DNA from: Phoronis australis
Lineage: Eukaryota; Animalia; Phoronida
Length of the DNA: 64,000 bases
Direction of reading: 5' to 3'
Assembly: GCA_002633005.1 (NCBI GenBank)
Contig: NMRA01000264.1
Location: 273,353-337,352 of the forward strand
The notes below the pieces were generated by a model. It was not told the origin of the DNA. It did no database searches and saw nothing but the letters and a program-made list of their open reading frames with translations. Both the position numbers and the translations under genes were made by a program. Positions 1 to 12,935 of the stretch are shown in pieces. Each line of letters starts with the position of its first letter. Position 1 is the first letter of the stretch.

Positions 1-185
1 TTGCTGAAATACCAATGGTCTCGTTTGCTCTGATGCTATCACAGATGCCAAAAATCTGTCTTTACACCATATAGCCAAATTTTATTCGCCATCTTGTGAT
101 TAAAGCAACCTGTTTAAGGTATACTCCATCATGCATATAGTAAAAATTCCAGATATCGTAGTAATTGTGTCCTGTGTATTTTTAG

Positions 186-289
186 ATGTGCTTGTCACAT
201 TTCCCAATGCCCTGGAAGCAGAAGATATTGAAGACTTTTGTCAACTAGCACAGTACTACGCTTCCAAAACACCGCAGTCGTTCAGGCGG
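186..289 (+). CDS. TBC1D23: TBC1D23 internal exon (end of TBC domain region)
   Basis: Acceptor tttag| and donor |gtaagt; encodes DVLVTFPNALEAEDIEDFCQLAQYYASKTPQSFRR, matching the TBC1D23 LEAEDIEDxxxLAQYYxSKTP block. The gene starts upstream of the window. Confidence 0.93.
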
Positions 290-887
290 GTAAGTGAATG
301 CCAGTTTTCCTTGTGCATTGTTGAATGCTACTTGAAAATCTGTCTGCAAAAATATGAAAAAGCCATGCATGGATAAGCTAAAATTTAAGATTCCTTAAAG
401 AAATCCTGAAAATTTTCAGCTTCTAAAGAGATTTGCACGAATGACCCCAACGATGATTCTGAGAGGCTCTTGTTTTTCCTGATGCATTTATTCAAATGGA
501 TAAAAATTGATGTACAAGAATGACAGTGATGTTAAGTGACATCCCTCTGATGTCATTACCAAGCTTATTGATATATTGAAACTTTGCATGAGCATACGCT
601 ACACAATGAACCGTGGTTGTCTTGGTCAGTGTGATCTTTAGGATCTGTAAGAAACGTCAGCTCAAGTAAGCACTGCCAAAAACTGTCTGTTTTTTAGTGT
701 GATAATAATGAATATACCAGTGAAATCACATATTAACAAGAGTGAAGATGTGTGATGAGCGTGGAAAGTTTTGAATCCTCACAGTATGAGGGTGAACATT
801 CCTTTCAGTATTCGGTTTAGCAATTTTAAACCTTTCATTTTCATGTTAGAAAAAGATTTCTATCTCCTAACAGACTTCAAGGCTGGA

Positions 888-1103
888 AAGTAAAATAAGT
901 GCCATTGCATCGTAATGGGGCTTCACAAATCAGTAAAATAAGTGCCAATACATCGTAATGGGGCTTCACATATAAGTAAAAGAAGTGCCAATACATCGTG
1001 ATTGGGCTTCACAAATATGTAAAATAAATGCCAATACATCGTGATTGGTCTTCGCAAATAAGAAAAATGAGTGCCAATACATCATGGTAAGACTTCACAA
1101 ATA
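888..1103. repeat. Intronic minisatellite, 43-bp unit x ~5
   Basis: Unit aagtaaaataagtgccaatacatcgtaatggggcttcacaaat recurs at 888, 931, 974, 1017 and 1060. Confidence 0.9.
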
Positions 1104-1458
1104 AACAGTGTCCTTCATGCTGCACTCTTGTGTCACTTTTGTTTTCAAGTTTCAGCTTATGAATAAGCTCGCCGAATTGCGTAAGGGCCCGGAGTAAAGT
1201 ATGAAATGTTGTGACTTTCAGAAACACATTTAAAATGCTGTTAAGTTATTACGTGAACTGTTTGTGGGCTACATGCACTTGTCATGCTAGTATGTTGTTG
1301 CAAGCTGCACAAATTTTTAGGCAGGCTGGATGCGGCCCATGGACCATAGGTTGCCAGCCTCTGCCTTGCATCAATTATTTATGTTTACATCGTCATGTCA
1401 GTTCAGTTTGTAAACGTATTTCCTGTGCTAGTCCTCATGAGACTGTTTGTCCCCTCAG

Positions 1459-1587
1459 GACTATCAGGTACCCCTCTATGGCTCCAGCTTGTCATCACAC
1501 AAAGTGGAGGATGATGTACCAGTGGCACAGGCTCTGTGTCTACCTGTCTCTGTGAACGAGCTACTTCAGGCCAATCAGCTTGGAGCG
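1459..1587 (+). CDS. TBC1D23: TBC1D23 internal exon
   Basis: cctcag|GAC...GCG|gtgagt, 129 nt, phase 0-0; DYQVPLYGSSLSSHKVEDDVPVAQALCLPVSVNELLQANQLGA (QALCL.VSV.E.LQANQL conserved in TBC1D23). Confidence 0.93.
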
Positions 1588-1816
1588 GTGAGTGCATGTT
1601 TTTGGGACCAGTCACCCCAGGTGGTTTGTTAACTGACTATTTTGTGTAAACTTCATTAACTAAGAAAACTTCTGACATCACACTATCTGTTGAGCAACAC
1701 ATTTAACATGATGCGGCTGTCAACTCGTTAGATATTGTTTTATGCATCCCTTGCCTGTGTTAACCTTTGACATTTGCTCTCTGACCTCTGATTTAGTCAC
1801 TTCTCCCTCTCTTTAG

Positions 1817-2161
<345 letters not shown>

Positions 2162-2637
2162 TAAGTCACATGCTCACAATGTTTGTTTTTGGCCAAATTA
2201 GCTGTAAAAAAAAATGAGAGCAATTGCTGATAACGTATTGCATTTACATACTACAATGTCCAAGGTTTTGATGATAAATCAGTCCATCATCAAGGAATTG
2301 GAAAACACAGAAAAGGGTCACAACTAATCAAGTCATTAGAGCATCTTAAAACAGTCCGACTCCAGTAGCTGCAGTAAAGACACAAATGGTCAAAACTGTC
2401 TCCAAAGGGTGAGCTTAATATATTCCAGGTTGCCACCAAGTGATGCCTAACATTCAGCTCAACAATGGCAAGACTCTCTTTGATGTCTAATCTTAACTTA
2501 TTCTTTTGATTACTAAGTCTTATTTAAATTCATTCTTCTATAGAGCAAAATTTGGTGTCCAGCCATCTTGAAGTGATTTATTTGTGAGACTGTAAAAGTT
2601 TGGTTTGTATGTAGTGATTTTGGTGGTCGCTTTCCAG

Positions 2638-2771
2638 CAATCCACGAAGCATTAAGCGATGATTTAGCCGATGGCATCACAGAACATTTGGCCAAGTCAT
2701 GTATTGTGTGCAATCCAGAGGCAGGATCCATCACCTCCGATACTGATGAGAGTGAATTTGGTGCTGAGAAG
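2638..2771 (+). CDS. TBC1D23: TBC1D23 internal exon
   Basis: ttccag|CA...AAG|gtaaga, phase 1-0, open: AIHEALSDDLADGITEHLAKSCIVCNPEAGSITSDTDESEFGAEK; phases fit both neighbours. Confidence 0.88.
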
Positions 2772-3160
2772 GTAAGATGAGTAAGCAGAAGTAAATTTGT
2801 AGCATTTATGGGATGGTGTTTGGTGTGGTGGTTCTATAAACAAGCACACCGTTCTTGGAAATGTGTCAATAAACAATGACACCATTCTTGGAAATGTGCC
2901 AATAAACACTGATGTGGGATGTATTTCTGTTACTGCAATGTCAAAACATCTCACAATTACTATAATCGCATAGAAATGCGTGATTGAAAATTATATTTAA
3001 TGCACGGTTTGAATTTAACAAAAACCAGTGGACAAAGTGCCCTTGGTTTTCCTAAATAATCTTACTACCTTTGAAACAAGAAGCACAATGCTTTCAATTA
3101 TCTGTTCTAAGAGTAAACTTGAACTTGTCGACTCACAAGTTCCACGTGTTATGTCTTTAG

Positions 3161-3267
3161 AAGGAGAACTTCTTTGGCAAGTTGACCAGTGTGGTGAAGA
3201 GTAAGTCAGCTGTAGTGAAGGAGAAGATGATTAATTATATCAAGAATGAGCCAGGGCCTGCAGAGAG
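3161..3267 (+). CDS. TBC1D23: TBC1D23 internal exon
   Basis: ctttag|AAG...AG|gtaggt, phase 0-2; KENFFGKLTSVVKSKSAVVKEKMINYIKNEPGPAE (KSKS.xVKEK.I.xI.N conserved). Confidence 0.9.
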
Positions 3268-3357
3268 GTAGGTCCTGTGAAATTAACAAACGATGTAGTA
3301 TTCAGCCAAAAATTGCATAGTTGATCCTGGTCTGCAGCCAACTCATTTTGAAATCTG

Positions 3358-3610
3358 GGGCCTGTTCCAAGAAACTGACTTTAGTTCATTTTTGACTTAA
3401 GTTTAAGATTTGTCTTAACTTCCAAACTTTGAAACTTCCATATTCAGTAAGTTAGTCAAAATTAAGACAAAATTTATGTCAAACACTTATTAAAAGTCAA
3501 ACTTAAGATCTCTTTCTTGAATTGGTTTTGAGACAAATTTAACTTTTATTTTAAAATTTACTAAAATTTAAGATTTGTTTTAGCTAAGTCAGTTCTGTTG
3601 GAACGGGCCC
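3358..3610. mobile_element. PIF/Harbinger-like MITE
   Basis: TIRs gggcctgttccaagaaactgactt ... aagtcagttctgttggaacgggccc, flanked by CTG on both sides (3-bp CWG TSD). Confidence 0.7.
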
Positions 3611-3853
3611 CTGTTCCTCACTGTTTAATGGAAAAAGTGCGCTGTGAATTTCTTATTCGCTGGAACACTGAAGGTGGGAAAGGAAGAAAATTGTCTATGA
3701 CTTCAGTTCTCACTTGGTGACTTTTTAAATCTACAGCAGAAAATACTGCATCATCGTATCAATTCTCAACAAATTTTTTGTACAATAACTCTACCAAACT
3801 TCTTTGACAACAGTTTTTGTACATGATCTCGTGTGATTTGATATCTTTTGCAG

Positions 3854-3936
3854 TCGACACGTTACACCCGGTGATCGTGTTGGTAAACGTTACAGGAATC
3901 TGGCTTCAATATTTACAATTGGGGACGAAGAGGAAG
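3854..3936 (+). CDS. TBC1D23: TBC1D23 internal exon
   Basis: ttgcag|T...G|gtatga, phase 2-1; RHVTPGDRVGKRYRNLASIFTIGDEEE, resembling vertebrate RHVSSSDRVGKPYR...VFSIGDEEE. Confidence 0.92.
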
Positions 3937-4059
3937 GTATGATTTTTAGTTACACATGTTTTGTTCTTTAAAGAGTAATCAACACTTCAGACATTGACAT
4001 TTGTCTTCTTTTACCACTTGGTCTTTCTCGTTGTTTTATTGAAATGTAATTTTTGGTTC

Positions 4060-4600
4060 AGCTATGAACAGCCATGTGCAGTGGTGAGCGTTGTTTAGTG
4101 ATGACCACTGGTCAATCTTGGTGAAAAAGTGCCAGTCATGTTCTGAGTCGTCATTGCTTTTCAGTCATGTTCAGTGATGAACAATGTTCACTGATGAACA
4201 CTTCCCATCAGTGATCAATAATGAACACTTCAGTCTCATTGGTGTTGAACACTTTCTAGGCATAGTAAGCAATGAATACTAATCAGCTGTCACATTCACC
4301 GACGATCACTTAGCAGTCACTTTCACTCATGAACTCACATCTGTGGTCTTCAACGATGAATACTTTTCAGTCTCTAATAAATAATTTCATCTGATTGGTG
4401 AGAATCCTTCTCAGTTTTGTTCTATGGTGGACACTTTCTTGGCATGGTCAGGTAGACCCTTGTCAGCTGTCATATTTACTGATGAACTTTTATCAGTCAT
4501 GTTCGCTTATAAATACTTGTATATTATGTTCAGGGATGAACACTCATTTCTCTTGTTCAATGGTGAACGCTTATCTGTCATGTTCAGTGATCAACATAGC
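4060..4600. repeat. Degenerate ~30-bp tandem repeat
   Basis: Recurrent gtcatgttcagtgatgaacac-like words throughout the intron; explains the ORFs at 4395 and 4424. Confidence 0.6.
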
Positions 4601-4662
4601 ACAGGTGTCGTGGATGGTACGCATTTTAATTTTCAAGATCATTTGCCTCCGTCACTTTACAG

Positions 4663-4789
4663 ATGATCTATCCGGTGACGAAAATGCGAAACACGAGTTA
4701 GTCAGCTTGGAAACTTGGAAGAACAAACCAGATATTCTCCATACATTTGAGTGTCAAGAAGTGAAAGACAACGGGTACCTTATCCCAAG
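4663..4789 (+). CDS. TBC1D23: TBC1D23 penultimate exon (start of PH-like domain), GC donor
   Basis: ttacag|AT..., DDLSGDENAKHELVSLETWKNKPDILHTFECQEVKDNGYLIP. Joining in phase 2 to the next exon (AG+C=Ser, giving PSHL) requires the donor AG|GCATGT. Confidence 0.85.
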
Positions 4790-5830
4790 GCATGTCACTT
4801 TTACCTCTTTGCATGTGTAGAGAAATTTCGCTGTTGCCACAGAATGAGCCTTCACAGGATATGCTTTTTTAAATTTTTACTCAGGGTTTTGTACATAGTT
4901 TTAATTTCAAACAAGAAATTTCTAGGATTGCTTTTTTTCATTTTTCAAAGGCTTCAAAAATTGCTGTAAATGCCCATAATTTCTGGAACCGGTGTCAGAT
5001 AGTTGCTATTCAGTACAGAACTTGAAAACAGCAAAGCAACGCCATATTGTGTCCCAAATTGGTCAGAGATTTTAGTGTTTAGTACTTATCAAATAATTAC
5101 TTAAAGTCAGGAATTCAAATCTTGTCAAACTCTGCTGTTAACTCAGTACGTCAAGTCTCCACATGTGTAGCTCACAGGATTGCCGACAAGTAGAATTCTA
5201 CTTTGTCAAACTTTGCCTGAAAAATAACTATCAAGAATATGTTAGTGTATCCCATACGCGATGAATCAGCAGAGGGAAATACGGCCATGTAATAATGTTT
5301 TCTGTATTCACCTCCCGCACTACTTCAACAGCGACCTCTGACATGGAAAGTTCAAAAGTTAGGTCAATGTCGACTCGACGTCAATAGCCAGTTCGATCAT
5401 CAAACTTTCAGAAAATAGTTTAAAGTAATGCAATTCCAACAGTGTGAATAACACTCAATCGTAACATCCGAAACTGGACTGTTAATTATATGACAGTTCT
5501 GTCTCAGTTTTCATTTGATAAATATTATATCGTCTGCAACTCAGGCACCGATTCCACGGTAACTACAATATCAAATATTGTTGTTATTTAACTGTTTTCA
5601 GGAGATGTTACAAGTTCAGTACTAAGTTGCCATTGTTTTTTTTTTCTGTTATCTCTTTTCAAGTAATAAATCGTTACATTTAAAACTGTTTCTTTTACTG
5701 GAGAAAACTTGCAACCTAACGGCGCAGGTACATACATATAGGATGTGATCCGCCTCATGAACAGTCTGAGAGAAGTATTTAGAAAATCTGCGGAAAAATG
5801 AAAGAAACGTAGGAATTCGAAATGTATGGG

Positions 5831-5991
5831 ATAAATACAAAACGTACCTCGATTGGCGTACATGAAGTAATATCCCACTCGACATTATTCCGCGTATTGA
5901 CCTCAACCTACGGTCTTGGTCGATATGCGGAATAATGTCCCGTGGGATATTACTTCATGTACGCCACTCTCGGTATGTTTTGTGTATTTAT
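5831..5991. repeat. Long imperfect palindrome (hairpin), probably the end of a non-autonomous DNA element
   Basis: tggcgtacatgaagtaatatcccac.cgacattattccgcgtattgacc pairs with ggtcgatatgcggaataatgtcccgtgggatattacttcatgtacgcca; arms of about 70 bp. Confidence 0.85.
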
Positions 5992-6169
5992 TTCTAGCAT
6001 GGTTTGTACTGTGTAGGTGTCATAAAACAATTTTTGTTGAATTTTCCACCATTTACTGTAATCAGCCTTTGGAAAATGGAAAAATAACAATTTCGGCAAT
6101 TATTTTTGCGCAAACGAAGTGGATTATTACTGTAACATTTAAACATGTTTTGTTGAAAACCTGCCGAGA

Positions 6170-6400
6170 TGTGTTGTGTCAAGATGCTTTGCCCCATCAG
6201 CATAAGCACAACAAACTAAGACCATAGGTTATACATCTTGTTTGGTTTGTTGTGTCAATTGGTTTGTCCCATCAGGTCGAGCACAGCAAACTAAGACTGT
6301 AGGTTATACATCTTGTCAGGTTTGATGTGTCGAGATGTTTCACCCAGTCAGCTCGAGCACAACGAACTAAGACTGCAGATTATACATCTTGTCAGGTTTT
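6170..6400. repeat. Tandem repeat, ~75-bp unit x3
   Basis: gcacaacaaactaagac..taggttatacatcttgt at about 6206, 6281 and 6357. Confidence 0.8.
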
Positions 6401-7050
6401 TGATAAAACATCTCAGATGCTGTTATGCAGAGTTGCTTCATGGTTTTTACTCTAGTGTTAAGCATTCAGCTATGAGCACCTAAGTCTGCATTTAGATGTA
6501 GCTTCACATGCAGATGCAGACATAGCATCCATTGGCTTCTTTCCTGGCACAGGGAGGTCATCCAAATTACAAGTTAGTAGTTTTACTTCCTGGTGAAGAG
6601 TTAGAACACTCAACAACAGGACAGGCTTTTCTGTTGGCAACTTGTCATAACACTAATCAAAATGGCCGCCTCTGAGTTCAGTGATCAGTCAGAAAACATG
6701 TTAACAGGATGTCCCATGATCGTTCTATTTCATAGCTTGGTAAAAATCTTCCAATTAGAGTCAGTGTTTATTTAATTAATTTGCTGTCTAAGTCTGAGCT
6801 TGTACCAAATTTTAGAAATGGGTTATATTGGCTGTCTAATACTCAAGAATTAAAATCAACAGCAAATGATCACCCACCTTGATGTTACGCACTATAGGGA
6901 CGCTTGAAAATGTTGAACTGCCAAGTCTGTTTTCAGATTCTATGGATACTAAACACAAGTGTGCGAAATTTGAGAAATATATACCATCATCAAAATCTTC
7001 AAAATCAAGGAATTCAATTTTGGCTTGAATTTTAGTGTCCCAAATTTTAG

Positions 7051-7404
<354 letters not shown>

Positions 7405-8405
7405 ACCATGTTGGCGAAGACTGGAAATACTGGCGACAGTTTTTTTTGTCAAAATACAGCACTGTTATTTTGGTTATTTTTCACCGTAAAATTCTATTTA
7501 AGTTATTGAGGGAAGGTTTTGCACTTGCGTGACAATTCACACAGAGTAACAGGTGAAAAGTAAATGTAATTTTTGTATGGTTGACGAAGAATGTATGCGG
7601 GTAAATTTTTAAGTTGTTGTTTTAGGGTGGTTCACTTCACACTTCAAAGTGTTATCTATTACTGTTGCCTCGTTAAACATTTTAATTTAGTGAGAGAAAT
7701 GGAACATTGACTTGATTTTGGGAAAAAGTTTTCTAGCCTTTCAAGTAAATATCTGCATTTGAATCATCCCAACTTTCAGCTCAGAGGTATTGCTCCTTAT
7801 AAAGGAATGTCATCGTTTTCATCCTCGTTTGAATTGTAATAGGTAGCAATCAAGTGCCTGGAATTGTCCTTACGGCCATACTGTCTTGGCAACTGAAAAC
7901 TAAGTAATTAAATTAGCCTGGTTTGACGTGATAATGACCTGTCTGTACAAATTGTTACTAATCTAAGTAAAGTGCAAGTCGAGATAGATTTAACAAAGTG
8001 AGTGACCTAAATCAAAAGGTATTTTTGACAGAAGACATGTTTGTTCCCCTTTTAATCGAACATGGTACATATTATTGGCCTTGCCATGATTGAAAAATCT
8101 TCAGTCTTTAGGGTAATGCAACATGTTACTGGGTTTACCTAAGCTTGTCCTGAGTTAAATTTAATTACCAGGGCACTTAAGGAACTGCTGCTTCTGTAGT
8201 AAATTTACCTCCTGTCTTTTAAAATACATGGAAGGCCTTGCTCTTACTTAAACATACTTTTGTAATTGTTGTATCCTGCACCTGGCCTCATTTTCACTTC
8301 TTGACAGCTAAGCTCAGAATGTTCGAAACAAAATGTTTCAGCTTTATTATTCGTGTGAAATTTTACTCCTAGTAATATCTGCTGTACTTCTTTTGCTACA
8401 ATACG

Positions 8406-8527
8406 AGACAAAAGTAATCAGACAATACATCTACAGTACCAGACAAAAGTAATCAGACAATACATCTACAGTACCAGACAAAAGTAATCAGACAATACAG
8501 CTACAGTACCAGACAAAAGTAATCAGA
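8406..8527. repeat. Minisatellite, 35-bp unit x3.5, in the probable TBC1D23 3' UTR
   Basis: agacaaaagtaatcagacaatacatctacagtacc at 8406, 8441, 8476 and 8511. Confidence 0.92.
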
Positions 8528-8654
8528 AAAGATACAGTTTCCTGTCATTATGGCTAATTCTGTTAACAGCAAAAATTAATTGACATTAGTTATTATGGTA
8601 GCAAAGTCCTAATTACAGTGTGGTTTAGCCACCTTACTGAATTTCCTGTTAATT

Positions 8655-8823
8655 GACCTATTGCAAGCTATGCCCCTTTGTGTAATGTCAACTAACAAAC
8701 AATAAGTTTTACCCGGCAACTTGTCGTTTCTCAGGTAAAATGGCGTTTTGGAAATGAAGGTGTGTCTAATGCTGCGTTCTAAATGGTCACTTAAGCCGTC
8801 ACTCAAAATCCTGGCGATAGGTC
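8655..8823. mobile_element. Short MITE with AATT TSD (Sola-like), copy 1
   Basis: aatt|gacctattgcaag ... ctggcgataggtc|aatt; a homologous copy in opposite orientation lies at 30580-30750. Confidence 0.7.
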
Positions 8824-11177
8824 AATTCTCCTTCATTCATAGTCATGAGGGAAGACTACTCTGGTGAGGAACTTGACTTCTGCCCAGCCGTCATGACAGA
8901 GAAGTCTGGGTCATTTCGTCTGAATACTTTTGTTTTGTACTGTACGTTTGTAAGAGGTGTGTTTTAGTGAGTGTCACAGCTGAATGTAATTTTTGACACT
9001 AATCAAACACACCAGGTTAGTTGAAATCAGTGTGCATAATTGATACGGAGAGTGAGAGGTGTAATATTTTACAGTTTGTAATGTTTATTGTTAATCTGTA
9101 AATATTTCCAATTTTACTTGTTAATGTTTACTAAGTCATCTTTAGGTTCATGCTTGACAGTTATGTTAACAGTTTGTGAATCAAGTAGAGGATGTTGCCA
9201 TGATTGGTTGACTAATTTAAAGTTATTTTATTGTCATTTTACTTATACTTAGTCAATAGTTTCATCTTTGTTTATGTATGCTTTCTGTTCATGGTACTAT
9301 GTAAAAATATTTTGTTCAGTACGCCACATAGATTCCACTGTGAATCTGATCACAAGATTAAATAAGTTAAAAGTAGTCGGTGTTTGCTCAATATATGTGC
9401 ATTTTTTTGATTACCAGGATATTTCTTATCATTTAGCTTCCTCAAAAATTGAATCAACAAATGTGTTTACTTCAGCCAATTTATCCGTCTATATTTCAAA
9501 AACTAGCAGCTCAGAATTAGTTTGCACAATGTTGTCGTAGTCAGTGTTTTGGTTTAAGTCCCTTTCGGCATTCGGTCTAGTCAAAATTGACAACTTCAAT
9601 CTAGAATATATTGAAATTCATGGTAACCTGTTAACATCATGGTTATTTACCTTGTCAAACCATCTCCATACCAAACATAACTTTTTCTTTAGACCGCTTG
9701 CCCCTGTAGACTCAATTGTTCCTTTCTTGCGTTGAGTGTCCGCTCAGCTTGGAAAAAAGTGTCTAGTTGTAGGTTAAGACCATATTCTTCACAGTTCAGC
9801 CCAAGCCCATAAATTCTAATCTGCGTAAGCAGCTTGAAACTTTTGTGTGTTCTAAATCCTAAGTTATGTTTTATGGCACCAGAGGGATTCACAACAGCTT
9901 TAAAAAAACATGTTGCTGACAATTGTTTAGAGATGGCTCTGCATGTTGCTTTAAGTTGGCTTCTTTTTTGTTTTGTTTTTAACATTTGGTTTAAAATCTT
10001 TGTTCAAAATGGTGTACAAGTTACTATGCTCTCATTGTTGGTTGCAGTTTGTTTTGGTGCTATTAGAGTCTAGGCATTATAAGTCATCTGCTGTAACTAG
10101 CAGTGATCAAACCATGATGATATTTATTGTGGAAAGAAATGTTTATATGTATATCTGTACATATGTAATTTTGATCTTGTTTGAGTAAACTGCTTAAACT
10201 TTCTGTTATTATTTTCAAGTCCTGAATTTCAAAAAAAGTGACTGGCTTCACTTGTCCAGACTTCTCTCCATGCACCTATATTGGAAACTCAAAAGTCAGA
10301 GTTGCCTTAGCTGATCATCTGCACTCTTTACCAAATTTTTGAAAGAAGTCGGGAGTGGGGTGCGTTTACCCCAAGGATCTATCTGCATGGTTACGCTGAG
10401 GGAGTTACTTGGGGTGCAACAGAAATAAAACCATGGATTGAAGATGATGTGTCATAAAGGACTTGTCTAGAATGGAGTGATTCAGTCGCGTGACAGCGTT
10501 TCCCAATGCAATTATTACGCTTGCGATGGCCACCCGCTTCTTGCTTGACTGCTTAGACGGCTTTTTACTCTCGAATGCGAAACCTTGTGAGAGATTATTT
10601 TGAGCGCGATAATATTAGAATGCGCATGTACCAAAACAATTCTACTAAATTTCGCCCAAATGAGGCAAGGTTTCCTTGAAACTGACCGTTGCTCAAAGGT
10701 AAACGAGTTGTGCATTTTTGGCATTGGCGGCTCACCATAGGGGGCTGAGGGGCTATAGCCCCACTTTTATTACGTGCTACACCGCACGTGGTCTATAGGC
10801 GGTGCATCACAGGCCTGAGGGGCTTTAGCCCCCACTTTTTTCAGTGCTGCGCTACCCATGTTTTGAGCTATATTTCACAATAGAAAAAGACATTGACACT
10901 TGTAAGGGCTTAATTTGGGAAGCTAGTGGGAGGTAAGCCAAGCACGTGCGCTTTTAAAAAGTGGAAATTTCTGGGGTGGGTCTTAATACTCACGAGTACA
11001 TTATGTATGTTCTTCAAAAGGATCGTCAAAATATTTAGTTTGTGGATGGGGACATCGCTGAAGCAACTTTGTTATGGCAACCGAACACTAGCTGGTAGGC
11101 CTAGTTTTGGTCAGCAAATGTTAAAGTCTAACAGACGTTACATTTATCGCTTTCAATGCCACCAGGACTGATTTGAA

Positions 11178-12935
11178 TTTTTATGCGCCCACATATTTAT
11201 ATGTGGACGCATTATGCCGTCATCTCCGGTGTCCGCTGCTGTATCTCCATGGCAAATCCTTTGACGTACGTTCATGAAATTTTGCACATATGTTCATATG
11301 GGTGGGACGGCATGAGCAAACTTTCTGGCGGACGGATTCGACAACTAGTGTGCCCCCTAATGGCAGTTTTAGTTTTTTACGCTTGCCTCCACATCTTCAA
11401 AGACGGATCCTCCTCAACGTATTTTCATGAAATTTGGCATAGGCATCTACTAGTGAGATGACGCTATCCTCCCATTTTTGAATGGATTTGTTGTAGTTTG
11501 CGCCACCTAGTGACCATTTGTGCTGTTTTCGAGTCTGTTTTTTGGCATCCACCACTCTATCAACCAAACCGCTATAAGGATGGTTGTGGAAATTGTACGT
11601 TCTTACTATGAAGAGGACGGCTGGCGATGATTTCCCGACGATTTTGACTACTGTGGCGCCTCCTAGTGGCATTTTTGTTCTTTTGCGCCCATGGCTGTGT
11701 CTCCTAAACCGTTGGCAGGATCTTTACTAAATTCAGCCAGTGTATTGATATGGTGTTGACAATGGATGATGACGACTTTCGGACGGACTTGACTACCGGT
11801 GTGCCCCCTAGTGTCAATTTTAATTTTTTACGTTTACCTATGAAAGGTCCTCAACGTATTTTCATAAAATTTGGAATATAGGCATCTATTGTATTAGTGA
11901 GATGGTGCTATCCTCCCATTTTCGGATGGATTTGACGTAGTTTGCGCCACCTAGTGGCCATTTTTACTGTTTTTTAGTGTTTTGGCGTCCACCCCTCTAT
12001 CAACCAAACCGCTTAAGGATGATTGTGAAAATTGGCATGTATGTTCTTACTAGGAAGGTGACAATGATTTTTCCACGATTTTGACTACTGTGGCGTCTCC
12101 TAGTGGCATTTTTTTGCGCCCATGGCTGTATCTCCTAAACCAGCGTTAGCAACATCTTTGCTAAATATAGCAAGTGTATTTATATGATGTTGACAATGGA
12201 TGACAACAACTTTCGGACGGATCTGACTACCAGTGTTCACCCTAGTGGTAATTTTCATTTTTTTAGGCTTACCTCTGTATCTTCAAAGATCCTCAACGGA
12301 TTATCAGAAAGCTTGGAATAAGGCATTTATTGGTGAGATGATGGTATCTTCCTGCTTTCGGATGGAGTCAAGGTACTTTGCGCCACCTGGTGGCCATTTT
12401 AACTGTTCTCGAGTCTTATTTTTTGGCTTCCACCCCTCGATCAACCAAACCATTCTAAGGATGATTCTGAAAATTGCCGGGCGTATGTGTTCTCAGTGTG
12501 AAGAGTACTGTTGACGTTAATGAATTCGACTACTGTGGTGCCTCCCAGTGGTAGTTATGTTTTGTTTTGGGGCCATTGCTGCATCTCCTATTAACCCACT
12601 GCAGGATCTTTATTAAATTTAGTAACTGCATTTATATGAAGCTAACAACAGACGACGTCTTTCAGGCGGATCCAATGAACGCTGTGCCCCATAGTGGCAA
12701 TTTAATTTTTTCTGGTTTCCTTTTTTCTCTCAAGTTCCTGCTTGACAGATTTTTATGAAATTTGGTAAATATCTTTCTATTAAAGAAGCGGTGGCTTGTT
12801 TTTATCTTAACATGGATGGGACATTCAATTCGCCATCTAGTGGATATTTTTATGAAACAAATACACAACCCTAGAATCGCTCTGTTTGCGGTGCATTCGT
12901 GGGCGCATTTCAACACTCTACATTGCTCTTTGTTT
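11178..12935 (+). mobile_element. Non-autonomous Helentron/DINE-1-like element with an internal ~148-bp satellite array
   Basis: 5' ttttt-atgcgcccac followed by a nearby partial inverted copy gtggacgcat; 3' subterminal gtgggcgcat (12899-12908) then a T-rich end; 11 internal repeat units between them. Confidence 0.65.

Noticed and set aside
11350-12843. CRISPR-like array (conserved word with variable-looking spacers)
   Set aside because: Eukaryotic context, no cas genes, and the intervening sequences are homologous to each other, so it is a satellite.
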